A DNA stretch of 64,000 nucleotides from the NCBI GenBank assembly GCA_027923505.1, contig BROI01000005.1:496001-560000 (forward strand), written 5' to 3'. Within the stretch, counting starts at the first letter, position 1. Each line of letters begins with the position of its first letter. The notes beneath the pieces were generated by a model. That model was not told the DNA's origin. It searched no databases and saw only the letters and a list, made by a program, of their open reading frames with translations. The position numbers and the translations under genes were made by a program. Shown here piece by piece: positions 1 through 11,172 of this stretch. This stretch comes from Mayamaea pseudoterrestris. Its lineage: Eukaryota.

Positions 1-214
1 CAGACGTACAGGCATGTTTGTAATTTGTAACATCTGATTACCAGAGTTCAACGTCTCCTCCCTCACACCTGCAGCAGTAGTGATCACTGAGATTCATCAA
101 CCCTTTAAAAGGCGTTTGTAAATCAAAACATCTTTGTAAAGCAAATAGAATCCAATCCCCGAAAGAGCCTCCGCTCATTCTCACCGTGCATCCACATTGA
201 TCCCGTCATCTTAT

Positions 215-658
215 CTAGATTAGAAGCTGCTCAATCTTCAACTTCATTCCATCAATAGCACTTCTCAGCTGCGAAGCCTCGTTGGTTGTGATTGAGCATG
301 CAATTACTGGACGAGACACTCCGCAGGCACGTCCGAGAGCTACTTTGCTGTCGTAAACTATCGTTAGAAGGTGCATGGCGCAATGAGTGCCTCAGATCAT
401 TCCGTATCCAGTAACTTACCTGGGCAAGAACACATACGGCACATTCTTATCTTCACAAAGCAAAGGCAAATGTAAAAGGATTTCAATCGGTTCAGCATCA
501 GCCGCCATAATAATGAGCTCGCTAATGCCGCGGTTCAGCGTCTTGGTAGCCTCGTTAGCGCCCTTCTTAGTTTGTTTATAGTTGGTCGCCTGCTGGACCA
601 AGTCCAGCAGAGCAATAGTGAGCTCCGAGTCAGCGAGTGGGTAGGCCTTGTCCGACAT
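215..658 (-). CDS. SNU13: U4/U6 snRNP and box C/D snoRNP 15.5-kDa protein (L7Ae family), 2 exons
   Basis: KAYPLAD...[14 protein letters not shown]...[14 protein letters not shown]; removing GT-AG intron 348-419 continues [20 protein letters not shown]...KIEQLLI*. Confidence 0.96.
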
Positions 659-857
659 GGTTCAAAGCAGTCGATGGTCAGAGTTGAAAAGAAAAATAGA
701 GCAAATCAAGCAACGCGACAGCATGCCATGCCGGGCGTCGTCAATAATCTTTTTCGTGGCTCCAAAGGAGGTGCGAGTGACGCACAGACGAGAATGATTC
801 ATGATTAGGGATGGAGTTTTCCATTCCACCGCGCCGTCGCGCGCCCAAAAATCGACC
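659..857. promoter_or_regulatory. Probable bidirectional promoter between SNU13 and LSM6
   Basis: 199 bp between two divergent start codons; positional inference only. Confidence 0.5.
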
Positions 858-1343
858 ATGGCGACCGACGCTCTTGCAGCAGCCGCGTCCGACGCAGTGC
901 AAGCGACCGTAGTACCGGTAAATAGCTATGATGCATGATTTGATTATAAGTGGTGAACTGTCCTTGCTTATGAAGATAACTTCCTTTTTTGCGTCCAACA
1001 GGATGACACAGCATTCGCTTCCACTGCAGCAGATGCCAGGAAGCGCACTCCTTCCGACTACCTTAAATCAGTTCTTGGTCGACCAGTGAGAGTCAAACTC
1101 AATTCAGGCATTGAATACAGAGGTGTACTTGCTTGTCTTGATGGCTTTCTTAACATTGCGCTCGAACAAACGGAAGAGTTTATTGATGGCCAGCTCAAGG
1201 CCAAGTATGGCGATGCCTTTATTCGAGGAAATAATGGTACCTATCTTGCTGTTGTTTGATTCGTTGCAACTTATTAACCCGTTCTGACTTTATTCTATCC
1301 TTGATCAGTCATGTACATTTCAACGGTAGCGAAGCGCAGATAA
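858..1343 (+). CDS. LSM6: U6 snRNA-associated Sm-like protein LSm6, 3 exons (absent from ORF track)
   Basis: Manual translation KRTPSDYLKSVLGRPVRVKLNSGIEYRGVLACLDGFLNIALEQTEE...KYGDAFIRGNNVMYIS; GT-AG introns 918-1001 and 1237-1308. Confidence 0.95.
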
Positions 1344-1454
1344 TCATTGTTGCGGTTGCTGTGCGAAATCGAGATGATCTGCCGATACAAGAATTTACTG
1401 GATAAATTAAAATCATAAATCAGTCATACTATATTCCGCTTAGAAACGATATAT

Positions 1455-2687
1455 TCAATCATTGTAGGTTCCTTCGGCGCTGGATCGGACTCCCTCCAAA
1501 TCGGCTTCAACCATCTCCTTAACGAGCTTATCAAAAGGAGTCTGGGACTGCCAGCCCAACTTCTCTTTGGCCTTGCCAGGGTTGCCCAACAAAAGGTCAA
1601 CTTCCGTCGGACGAAAGTAACGCTCGTCAATGCTGACCAAGACGCGCTCTTCGTCGTTGGCATCGACTCCCACCTCTTCAATCGTCCCCTCTGGTCCCTT
1701 CCACTTGATAGTGATCCCAGCCACAGCAAACGCTTTTTCAACAAACTCACGGACCGTATGAGTCTCGCCCGTAGCCAAGACGTAATCGTCTGGTTCATCC
1801 TGTTGAAGCATACGCCACATGCCTTCAACATAGTCGCGGGCATGACCCCAATCGCGCTTGGCGTCAAGGTTGCCAAGGTAGAGAGTCTTTTGGTTGCCCG
1901 CAGCAATGTTTGCAACCGCCACCGTAATCTTACGGGTCACAAAGGTACGTCCCCGGCGGGGTGACTCGTGGTTGAACAAGATGCCATTCGTCAAGTGCAT
2001 GCCGTAGGCCTCGCGATAATTGACAAGGATCCAGAATGCGTACTGCTTGGCCACAGCGTAAGGAGAACGTGGGTAGAAAGGCGTCGTCTCTGATTGAGGA
2101 ACCTCTTGGACCTTTCCGTACAGTTCACTGGTCGATGCCTGGTAGAACCGCACATGCTTTTCCAAACCAACCGCGCGAATCGCATCCAACATGCGCAAAA
2201 CACCGACACCATCCGCATCCGCCGTGTACTCGGGCATATCGAAGGAAACCTTGACGTGACTCATGGCTCCCAAGTTGTAAATCTCATTGGGGCGAACCTT
2301 GGAAATAATGCCAATCAAGTTGGTGGCATCGCAAAGGTCGCCGTAGTGGAGAAAGAGCTTGACCCCAGTCTCATGGCGGTCACGGTAGAGATGGTTGATG
2401 CGACCCGTGTTGAAGCAAGAGGAACGACGGACAGTTCCATGTACCTTTGATTGTTTGAAAAAACAAAGATTCAAGCTGAGACAAAGGTATGAAGCATTTT
2501 TACAACAAGCAACTTCCTTCGATCGCTCAATGGCGAGCAATCCAGTGAAATTCCAAGCATGCACTGCCAGTGAAAACTGGTCATCGCCACGTACCTCGTA
2601 GCCTTTCTCGAGCAAAAGCTCAGCCAGATAGGATCCGTCCTGTCCGGTGATGCCGGTGATTAGTGCTACTTTCTTTTCCTCGCTCAT
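1455..2687 (-). CDS. GMD: GDP-mannose 4,6-dehydratase, 2 exons
   Basis: [52 protein letters not shown]; in-frame intron 2445-2594. Confidence 0.97.
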   Translation of the reverse strand: MSEEKKVALITGITGQDGSYLAELLLEKGYEVRGDDQFSLAVHAWNFTGLLAIERSKEVACCKNASYLCLSLNLCFFKQSKVHGTVRRSSCFNTGRINHLYRDRHETGVKLFLHYGDLCDATNLIGIISKVRPNEIYNLGAMSHVKVSFDMPEYTADADGVGVLRMLDAIRAVGLEKHVRFYQASTSELYGKVQEVPQSETTPFYPRSPYAVAKQYAFWILVNYREAYGMHLTNGILFNHESPRRGRTFVTRKITVAVANIAAGNQKTLYLGNLDAKRDWGHARDYVEGMWRMLQQDEPDDYVLATGETHTVREFVEKAFAVAGITIKWKGPEGTIEEVGVDANDEERVLVSIDERYFRPTEVDLLLGNPGKAKEKLGWQSQTPFDKLVKEMVEADLEGVRSSAEGTYND

Positions 2688-3031
2688 GGTCGTGATTTTG
2701 TGTAAGGCAAGAAGCGATATGGAGGGCGAAGAAAGCCAGATCGAATCTGAAAGCGCGCAAGCGCGCTGGAAAGGATGCGTTCCAGTCCCTATGCGACAAG
2801 GGCTATGCTTAAGTACTCGACGCAAAAGACCGCCTTTGCCTCGCCAAAGACAGTCTTCCGCTTATACATACCGTGGCAATCAGAATAATAAGCACATTGG
2901 CCGTTTACTTTCCTCACCCAAAGCATGAATAGATGACTACAATCGTGCATCCACACATCTAGCCAAATTAATACGTGCATGCTAGTTTGCGAGTTTTAAG
3001 CAATGGTCTTGCCGCTGGTGTAATGCGCCAG

Positions 3032-4609
3032 CTACCACCGACCGCTATGACCTCCCCCACTTGTACCTCCTCCAAATCCACTCTGCGATGAGTTACTGAA
3101 TGACGACGTCTCAGATGCTCGCGACGGCTGCTGACGAGCCGGATCGCGTTCTACAAAAGTCTGGTCAGTGGCCAATTGGGAGTTGAACGAACCTTGGGTC
3201 CAGCGACTGACTTGCTGTGGACCCACATAGGCTGGATACTGGAATTGAAGGCGCTGGAGGCGAAAGTATCGCTCATCCATATAGCGATTCATTACCAGGT
3301 CTCGACGAAAAGGCTGCAATGCAGTTGACGATGGAGCCCCTTGGAATTCCTCCACTGAAGTCGGCGTAATTGGCGAAGGCTTGCCAACATCAACCTTGCA
3401 GATGGGGCACTTTGTGACATCGCCCTTTCCACTTCCACTCCACTCATCCCAACAAGTTTGGTCAAAAACGTGACCACATCGTAAGAGTTTCAGCGGCAAG
3501 CCGTCGGACCCTTTCATGCGCTTATCATCGGCCGGACCTGCCATACCTTCATGTTTACTGCTTCCTTCGCCATCGATGGCGGCAACATCCTTGTAACCAG
3601 CATCTTGAAAGGATTCGAGACAAATTGGGCAAGAGACTGACAAAAACCGGCCCTGAAGCGCCTCGGCCTTGGCTCTGTCTAGCTCTGACAACCGACTCTT
3701 GACCTTGGCATACTCGCGCTTGCGTTGTTCCTGCTTACGAATAGCAAAGAAGACAAAACCGAAGATGGAAGGAAGCCACATCAAACCAATATGCTCGACC
3801 ACTGTGTCGCCCAGTCGCTCCCACCAAGTTGCTCCTCCCTGCCTTGCTAGGTTTCGAATTTCCCATACCGCTTGCACCAATGCCGTTGCGTAGAGTTGTT
3901 GTTGTAGCTCTGGTTTCATGTGCTGCATCACTGTTTCCAAACGTCGTTTTGTCAATAGATGCTTTAATGCGTCTCCTCTAGAAATGTAAATCGCTCGATC
4001 ATGGACGGACAGAAATATAAGGACACCAGTTCCTCCGCATGTTGTGGATTGCCCCACCCCCCACTGGTCATGAATGGATCGTGCAAAGACTTCTACGGTC
4101 TGGTCAATGGTTTTAGGATCATCATTAATAGTTTGCATCTGAATCAAGAAATACAATAAGAAAGTATGGTTGAGCTTTATTAATCTCGACCTCATGTACG
4201 CGCTCGTTAAATCCCAAAGTGACAAACATGTTCTTACCTTGCCAACAATAGCAACGGCAATTTGCAGGGGAGTTGCTTCCATATTATTCTCGTTTTGAGG
4301 ACATGGGGACGCAAACATGGTCTTGGCAAGAAGCGCTTGATCCAAATTCTCCAAGTCGTCCGTGTTTGAAGTTATTAGAATTTCATCCGGATCCCAGCAA
4401 GTTCGCATGGCAGTACCATCAACTGCAGATGTCTTACAGAAAGCGTCTTCGGAAAGCTGAAAGTCACTTGGAGTCCATGCTCGACTCGTTTCCTTTGACC
4501 ACGCGGCAGGCGCCATACTTTCGGATTCAAAACTCCACACCGTTGTCAATGCTAAAAGCCCGAGTGCGAAGGATGATGGGGAGTTTACTCTCATTTTTAT
4601 ACCTCCCAA
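3032..4609 (-). CDS. Signal peptide + TPM (YgcG/MOLO-1-like) domain + TM helix + RING-type finger
   Basis: FARSIHDQWGVG...GVLIFLSVHDRAIYISRG (TPM); hydrophobic GLMWLPSIFGFVFFAI; CPIC...CGHVFDQTCW...CPIC; tail GFGGGTSGGGHSGRW; in-frame intron 4139-4237. Confidence 0.8.
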   Translation of the reverse strand: MGGIKMRVNSPSSFALGLLALTTVWSFESESMAPAAWSKETSRAWTPSDFQLSEDAFCKTSAVDGTAMRTCWDPDEILITSNTDDLENLDQALLAKTMFASPCPQNENNMEATPLQIAVAIVGKVRTCLSLWDLTSAYMRSRLIKLNHTFLLYFLIQMQTINDDPKTIDQTVEVFARSIHDQWGVGQSTTCGGTGVLIFLSVHDRAIYISRGDALKHLLTKRRLETVMQHMKPELQQQLYATALVQAVWEIRNLARQGGATWWERLGDTVVEHIGLMWLPSIFGFVFFAIRKQEQRKREYAKVKSRLSELDRAKAEALQGRFLSVSCPICLESFQDAGYKDVAAIDGEGSSKHEGMAGPADDKRMKGSDGLPLKLLRCGHVFDQTCWDEWSGSGKGDVTKCPICKVDVGKPSPITPTSVEEFQGAPSSTALQPFRRDLVMNRYMDERYFRLQRLQFQYPAYVGPQQVSRWTQGSFNSQLATDQTFVERDPARQQPSRASETSSFSNSSQSGFGGGTSGGGHSGRW

Positions 4610-5040
4610 GTGTCTTGTGTTCTATTAATGCAATATCACTCTTGTGTTGTTGTCCGTCGACAATCAAATTTGGGACGATCTGCTCTGCAAATCGACACGA
4701 AACGATTCCGAAACGTGCGATGCGCGCGCTTGTGACGTCAGTGTGAGCCGATGCGACATCCGTTTCCTCGCACATTTGACACGACCATGAGCCGGTCTCT
4801 GCTCCGCGCATTCATCAAAGTCCTGTCAGTAACTTCTGAGCTAAAGCTGTAGATAGCAGCCGACGATTGCATATTAATCAGAAGCGACATCACTGCTACG
4901 TCTGTTTGAGTTCACCAATAGCTGAAAGCGAATAATTTCGGGTCGCGGTCGTGCTGCTCCTGCTGATCCTTGTAGTGTCCGCGCTGCATCATTGTTCGAC
5001 AATCATCGAAGACACTAAAGTTCTCTCGCAATCAACAAGC

Positions 5041-7108
5041 ATGATGTCTCGTCGCAACGGAGGTCCTCAAGATTATGCACCAGTCGATATCTCTTCTAGT
5101 GATCATACGACAGGCAGCAATGGCCGCAACACTACACCTTCGCCTCCTCTCTCGCCGAGAAGTGTTCAAAACTCCATTGGCCCAGCAGTTGATGCAGTGC
5201 ACAATGCAATAGATGTGGAAGATCGCAGGAAGCCTCGAAGCAATATTCCAAGTCTCGTTTGTGCGATTTTGGCTTCCATGACGACGGGCGGAACAACGTA
5301 CGCCTTCGGCTTGTATGGGGCCGATTTAAAGGCCGCATTGAAACTGAAACCGTCGGAACTTGATACACTTTCGACGGCGTTTTTCGTTGCTGGTCTGGTG
5401 AGCTGGCTTCCTGGACTATTCGTGGATCGATTTGGGACGAGACGGGGAATGATAGTTGGAGGAAGTATGGGAGCGACAAGTCTAGTTACGTACTGGTTGG
5501 TTAGCAAAAAGATGATACTGCGAGAGTGGCTATTTTGGACTACAGATCTACAGCCGCATTCTAAAATTCTGGTTCCGCTACTGAGTTGTTTGGGTATTTT
5601 AATATTCTTGTCTTGTGCGCTCGTGACAGCCAGTGTCTTTAAGATTATTGTCGCCACAAGTGGACCGGGAACGAAAGGGTCAGCTGTCGGAGTGGCAAAG
5701 GGATACGTGGGACTTGGTGCTGGAGCTTACGCTTGTCTATTGGAGGCTCTTCGATATCCAAAGCAGTCGCATTTGGACTTTTTGCCCATGGCTGGCTTCT
5801 TCTTTGTCATGTGCGCCGTGTTGCCCTCGCTGATTCTGCTTCCGACTAAGGAACAAATGGAACGAGACCTGGTCTTTGAGGATGAAGCGACTCCTCTACA
5901 CTTTCGAGCTGTCTACGGATCCTTGTGTGCCATGGCTACTATTATTGTCTTGAGCAGTATGCTGGCCTTGTCGGACGGACAAGAGAGTCATCAGAATTTC
6001 TGGGTTGCTTTCTTGATCGTTGCTGTTTGGATTGGTCCAATACTGTGTCTCTTGTGGCTACCCAGACGCAAGCACCATCAGACAACAGTTGTGCCCTGTC
6101 CAGTGCGGACGGAAGGGGTTGGGTCAAGCGATTTACCGAACCAGTCTCAGACTGTGGCTGGATTAACTGTAGCGGCTGCTGTAGATCAGGCGAGCGTGGT
6201 CGACACTAGAGGTGCCACAGAACCTATTCGCGAAGAGCAAGAGGAAGTGCTATTACTTCTATCGGATGAGGACATTTTTAGGCGCCGATCTTCTGTGTCA
6301 CAGCAACAGCACGAAAGTATTCATGTTCCCGAGCGAGTGGAGCTGAACACCCTGCAGATGCTACAAACCCCATCCGCCTTGCTCATGCTTTGGACATGCA
6401 CATTAATAGTCGGATCTGGAACTGTCGAAACTAACAACATGGGACAGATGGTAGAGGCAATGGGCTTCTCTGCAAGCGTCGCTCCGGCTAGTCTGGCCCT
6501 GTTTAGCGTTGCGCAATCGGCTTCGCGCGTAGCTACTGGGACACTGTCTGAAGCTGCGCTCGGCTGGAATACAAAGAGGTTTGGTATAGACAATGGTGTG
6601 CCACGACCAGCGTTTTTTGTTCTCGCATCCATGGTGGCCTTTATTGGGCATGGCGTACTAAGCGTGTCGAATAATGAGTTTGGATTCGTACTCGGAGTGA
6701 CCCTTTCCGGAATAGCTTTCGGGACGTGTTGGCCGCTTCTTGTGCTTGTCTCAGGAGAAGTTTTTGGCACAGCCAACGCTGCTGCTAATTACATGTTCTA
6801 CGATGGCTTTACGTCGGCAATGGGAACGCTTTTGTTGACCAAGGGACTGTCGCAACATGTTTGTAAGTCACCACAAGTGAAGATGCTGGCATGTTGCTCA
6901 TTTGATTGCGTTACACTAACTTTAACCCATAGACGAAGACCACATAGATCCCGCTTCCATCGACCCCGATACATGTTATGGAAAGGATTGCTTCCAATTG
7001 ACCCACGTGGTGATCGCATTGTTGTCATTGACCTGTGTTGTCACAAGCACCTCTATGGTGTACACCTCCCGCTATGCCTATATCCGACCCATGCTATCCG
7101 TTCACTGA
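5041..7108 (+). CDS. MFS transporter, nodulin-like/MCH1-like, 2 exons
   Basis: GTTYAFGLY, GLFVDRFGTR, KGYVGLG, about 12 hydrophobic segments; intron 6863-6932 restores the final YEDHI...CYGKDCFQLTH helix, stop at 7108. Confidence 0.85.
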
Positions 7109-7257
7109 CTACTGGAGTACTAAAGATCTTGCTTAATAGCTATTCATGGAGGTTGAGTATTATGTCAGACTAAAGTAACATTAAGGCGAGGAATGCCGGC
7201 GATGTGTGCGATAACTACGTCGTACTACGAGACCTACCTAGCAGACGCGGTGTGACA

Positions 7258-8229
7258 ATGATGTCTCATCGCGATATAGAGATAGACACAAAAACGGACG
7301 CGACGATGACGGAACGTCGCATGTTCCGAGGCAGGGGAGGACCTACAGATGGACGACTACCCAAGCACAACGCTCGAAGACGAAAGAATCACAAAAGTGG
7401 TGATCAGGAGTTGTCAATAGATTCAGGTGACCCATTCGCAGCTGCGAATTTTATAACGGCAGGCGGAGCACCCGAAGTTTCGGATCGACTTTGCCAAGAC
7501 AATGATGCTCTACAAGTATCCAAATTTGCGAAAGTGACAATCAAAAATGATGGATTGAATGATGCTGTAGATGTTGCGGTTGACGAATATGCCGGTAGTG
7601 ATGGTACTGGCGAAAGTGATCCAATCCAATCAAATGAGTTGACTTTACAAAAAGCGGTTGTCGAATGGAAGTCGTTCTTTTCCGAAACGAATCATTTGCG
7701 AACTCGCATCCGCCGTTGTCGGGAAATATTTCAGCAGGCAACTACATCTTTAGCCATACCATCCAATTACGAGACACATGTTCTTCGCGCAGTGCTCAAT
7801 TGTGTCAGTGAATGGAGAGCCATTTTGAAACATTTTGCTCACATTCTTGATCAGGCGAATGTTGATGACGTTGCCAAGTCAATTGGAATGGCTCTATTTG
7901 ATTTGATACAACATGCTCTGCAATGTGGACCACTCAGTGGGAGCAAAGCTGGATACTGGAAACGGAGCGGGTCGGACGTTGCATTGATGGGTCACGCTTT
8001 CCTCATCATCATTGCGCCTACAATGGAAGATGCGCGACTTCTCTACTTGACGGATAGACAAGTCGACAACTTAATGAAGTGGAAGTCAGGTGCTCAAAAG
8101 GCAATAGGTCGTAACAAGTTCCCTAGCAAATCCAACTTGTCCAATTGCATAAAGGCGGAGAGGGCCAGAGCAGAAGCGCATCTCACCAACGAAGTAAAGA
8201 AGCAACGAAGACTTGATGGATGCACTTAG
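7258..8229 (+). CDS. Hypothetical protein (basic/acidic N-terminus, helical C-terminal domain)
   Basis: Uninterrupted ORF of over 320 aa filling a gene-sized slot; no motif recognised. Confidence 0.6.
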   Translation: MMSHRDIEIDTKTDATMTERRMFRGRGGPTDGRLPKHNARRRKNHKSGDQELSIDSGDPFAAANFITAGGAPEVSDRLCQDNDALQVSKFAKVTIKNDGLNDAVDVAVDEYAGSDGTGESDPIQSNELTLQKAVVEWKSFFSETNHLRTRIRRCREIFQQATTSLAIPSNYETHVLRAVLNCVSEWRAILKHFAHILDQANVDDVAKSIGMALFDLIQHALQCGPLSGSKAGYWKRSGSDVALMGHAFLIIIAPTMEDARLLYLTDRQVDNLMKWKSGAQKAIGRNKFPSKSNLSNCIKAERARAEAHLTNEVKKQRRLDGCT

Positions 8230-8345
8230 TTCGTGTAGCATCATTTGGAAAAAATTGCTCATGTAATAATTTAATATATATATATATAAGACACCTCAGA
8301 CTCGCACGTCGTGTATGTAGAAATGCGGGAGTCCGCCACGTCAAA

Positions 8346-9128
8346 TCAATCCTTCGCGTTTTTGATCATGCGGCACACTCCAATTGCAAGAAGACCGGCG
8401 CATGCAATGCCAACATACTGGAACCACCATGGATTCCTCTGCACTGACATGAAAATGTCATTATTACATTTCATGCACTCTTGAACCTCGCTAATGATGT
8501 CGTGAAACTCGTCAGATCCTTGGTCTGCCAATGAGTCCCAGAGCTGAATAAAATTGTTTCGACGCTGCGCTCGACCAGGACCAATCACATTCTGAAATAC
8601 ATGGGTAGCCTCTTTTCCGCAAAGCTTCTCTACTCGTGGCTGCACTGCAGCGCCACCACCGATAATCAACGCACCCCAAAGAACAAATGCTGCTCCTGCC
8701 AATTGGCGACCATTCGTCATGGTCCGGATCTTGTCAAGGTACAGTTCTGCCGCAGGATTCTTCTTACTTGCCAACTCGACTTCGTATTTCCAACTTTCGG
8801 GTGAATAAAGTGCCGCCATGTCTTGCTCATACTGCTCCGTAAAGTGATATCCCATGGACAAAAGTTTGCGACAATTTTCGTCGCTATCTTTATATTTGTC
8901 AAGCTTCTTTTCAAGCTCTCTGGTGACCACATAGAAGAGAGTAATTACATCTCGATACAAGAGCTTGTCAGTGAGCAGTCCAGCGAGGACCAATCCAGCG
9001 CGAAGACGGTTCGCTTGAAAGTGAGCTCGTCGAATCGCCTTCATGCTCGAGCGGAACAGGCCGTCTTCTTCGCCTTTGTCTATTACCTTGTCGAATGCGA
9101 CATCTTGTTCAATAGTCTCTGTCGACAT
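8346..9128 (-). CDS. Heme oxygenase-like protein with C-terminal membrane anchor
   Basis: Collinear HO-like blocks: RRAHFQAN (proximal His), LFYVVTRELEK, YEQDMAALY, YLDKIR, FVLWGALIIGGG (distal helix), EVQECMKCNNDIF, then a hydrophobic tail. Confidence 0.75.
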   Translation of the reverse strand: MSTETIEQDVAFDKVIDKGEEDGLFRSSMKAIRRAHFQANRLRAGLVLAGLLTDKLLYRDVITLFYVVTRELEKKLDKYKDSDENCRKLLSMGYHFTEQYEQDMAALYSPESWKYEVELASKKNPAAELYLDKIRTMTNGRQLAGAAFVLWGALIIGGGAAVQPRVEKLCGKEATHVFQNVIGPGRAQRRNNFIQLWDSLADQGSDEFHDIISEVQECMKCNNDIFMSVQRNPWWFQYVGIACAGLLAIGVCRMIKNAKD

Positions 9129-9308
9129 TGCTTTATGTTAGTATGACGGGGTTGCTTTGATGCTGATTCCATCATCTGTCGACACAATTTTTCGGGAAGA
9201 CGAGAGACTCGAATACCGCTGCGTCAGGCTCTGCAATGATTTTACCGTACGCGTAATAGTCAAACCAAAGCCAATCCACGCAAGTTTACAATCACTTTTA
9301 TACGTAAT

Positions 9309-10826
9309 CTAAGTTGTTGCTTCGCTGGACGTGGACATAGCAAATGGCGCCTGAAACCATGGAGATTGCAACAATTCCAACCTTCGACTTTGGAGCAAGT
9401 GATGTTCGATCATCGAGAGATCCTGCTTAAGAACATCGATTGCCTTTCTTGTTAGACGATATACTGAATCAGTCGCCATAAGGATTGGATCATAGACACA
9501 TTGTTGAACAAGCAAAAGGTTGTCGAGAACTTTGAGCATTTCATTGTAACGTTGAACAGCTTGCTCATGTGCTGATCCCACCAATATGACATGAGCCGGT
9601 TTTGTGGACAAGCCAGATAGAAACTGGCTGTTGGTGTCGACGTCAAGCGAAAGCGCAAGGTCTCGTATCATGGCAGTCCAAAGAATCTGCGAAACATTCG
9701 GCTCCAATGCGGATTGAACCTTGTTCAAAGTCGTCGAAAGCGGTGCCTTGCTTGTAGCGTCAACGACGAGCTGATTTCGACTGACATACAAAGAAGCGTC
9801 TTTAGTCCACTGCGTCACCGCAATCGCCACTCCAACCTCCTGCGACTCGTCTATATCACCATCGTCGTCTACCGCGTCAATGGGATGTCGCATAAACAAA
9901 AGCTCGCCCGATCGATCAACTGCCATCGCAGCGGTTGCGGTATCTCGAAATTTGACCAACACTCGTAGGTATGGAGGATACCGCTCGACGTGGAGACCTT
10001 TTTTGCGATGGAAGGAGTGGTTGGCATCCCATGTTTCCACTCGTTGCGACAACGGAGGAAGCATCCAAACCTTGCAGACCGACAACCCCGAAAAGAATCC
10101 AACAATGTGTTCGGGAGTCGTATCAACTGGTAAACCGTGTAATTGAATCATATTGGAGCGCGGTTGGTTTGCGCAGGCTTGTAGCAGTAAGGATGTGTCG
10201 GGCGTCCACCGATCAACATCTTGTCGGACCGGCGTTTCCAATTTTGTTGATTGTTTCAGCTGTGGCCGGACAGATCGTGAGCGCTTCTTGAAGGCAAGAG
10301 GGCCAAGAATAGAGATACTCTTTCGCTCCTGCGCCAACATAGTTGCTGGATCCACACGACGAATCACTGGTCGTTGACTGTTAATGTTCTGCAATGTTTC
10401 GCGAGCTTTCCGTCCAATCTTTTGAATATCCTTGCCGCAAACATTTCGTTCCAAGTGATAGTCGAGTCTGGTCTGTGTCGTGAATTCTCTGCTACAATGA
10501 GGGCATGATCGTGGCTGAATGAGTCTCTTTGGCGCTTTCTCGTCAGCTTCTACATCGTCGCCATCCGTCGCTCGCTGGTCATGTCTTTGCTCATCATGGT
10601 CCGTAGAGTGTTTCATTGATGGAACTGATAGTCTATTCATGAACCCGGTTGAACCATCATGAGAGGCTACATCATCAGCGTCACCCGAAGCCACTGGACC
10701 AGATGGAACTGGGATGATCTTGTCCTCGCGATGCTGATGGCAACCGACGGTGTTCCCAGTCGGGAATCCTGTTTTTTCTACTACTTCCGCATCCTCGTCA
10801 TCAGATGATGAAGCAAGCTCAAACAT
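9309..10826 (-). CDS. Putative RNA-binding protein: C2HC zinc finger + quasi-RRM; start uncertain
   Basis: CPHCSREFTTQTRLDYHLERNVC; IQLHGLPVDTTPEHIVGFFSGL...RVLVKFRDTATAAMAVDRSGE resembles hnRNP F/H-type qRRM. Confidence 0.6.
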   Translation of the reverse strand: MFELASSSDDEDAEVVEKTGFPTGNTVGCHQHREDKIIPVPSGPVASGDADDVASHDGSTGFMNRLSVPSMKHSTDHDEQRHDQRATDGDDVEADEKAPKRLIQPRSCPHCSREFTTQTRLDYHLERNVCGKDIQKIGRKARETLQNINSQRPVIRRVDPATMLAQERKSISILGPLAFKKRSRSVRPQLKQSTKLETPVRQDVDRWTPDTSLLLQACANQPRSNMIQLHGLPVDTTPEHIVGFFSGLSVCKVWMLPPLSQRVETWDANHSFHRKKGLHVERYPPYLRVLVKFRDTATAAMAVDRSGELLFMRHPIDAVDDDGDIDESQEVGVAIAVTQWTKDASLYVSRNQLVVDATSKAPLSTTLNKVQSALEPNVSQILWTAMIRDLALSLDVDTNSQFLSGLSTKPAHVILVGSAHEQAVQRYNEMLKVLDNLLLVQQCVYDPILMATDSVYRLTRKAIDVLKQDLSMIEHHLLQSRRLELLQSPWFQAPFAMSTSSEATT

Positions 10827-11172
10827 GTTTAAGCCTTCGCCCTCCTCCTTTACACGTACGCAAAACAAGCGGCCGGTGCAACAACAGAGTAAAGTAACCA
10901 ATACACCCCGAAATGTGATGAAAAAATGACCGGCTGGGCGAGAAAGCGAGAGCATGATTCTCATGTCGTACAGGTAATGATACCTTGTTTTCAATACCGC
11001 TTTATGAAAGATATCTTGATTAGACTGCAGGCGGCGTTGCGCCATACAACATCGTTTGGAAGCGATGCCGCGCAACCATGGTGGCGGATCCATCAATCGG
11101 CAGGAGTATAGCCAACAATCAGGCTTTGGTCCCTTCATGTGAATGGGTGAGGAGCATGTACACGACATGGAT

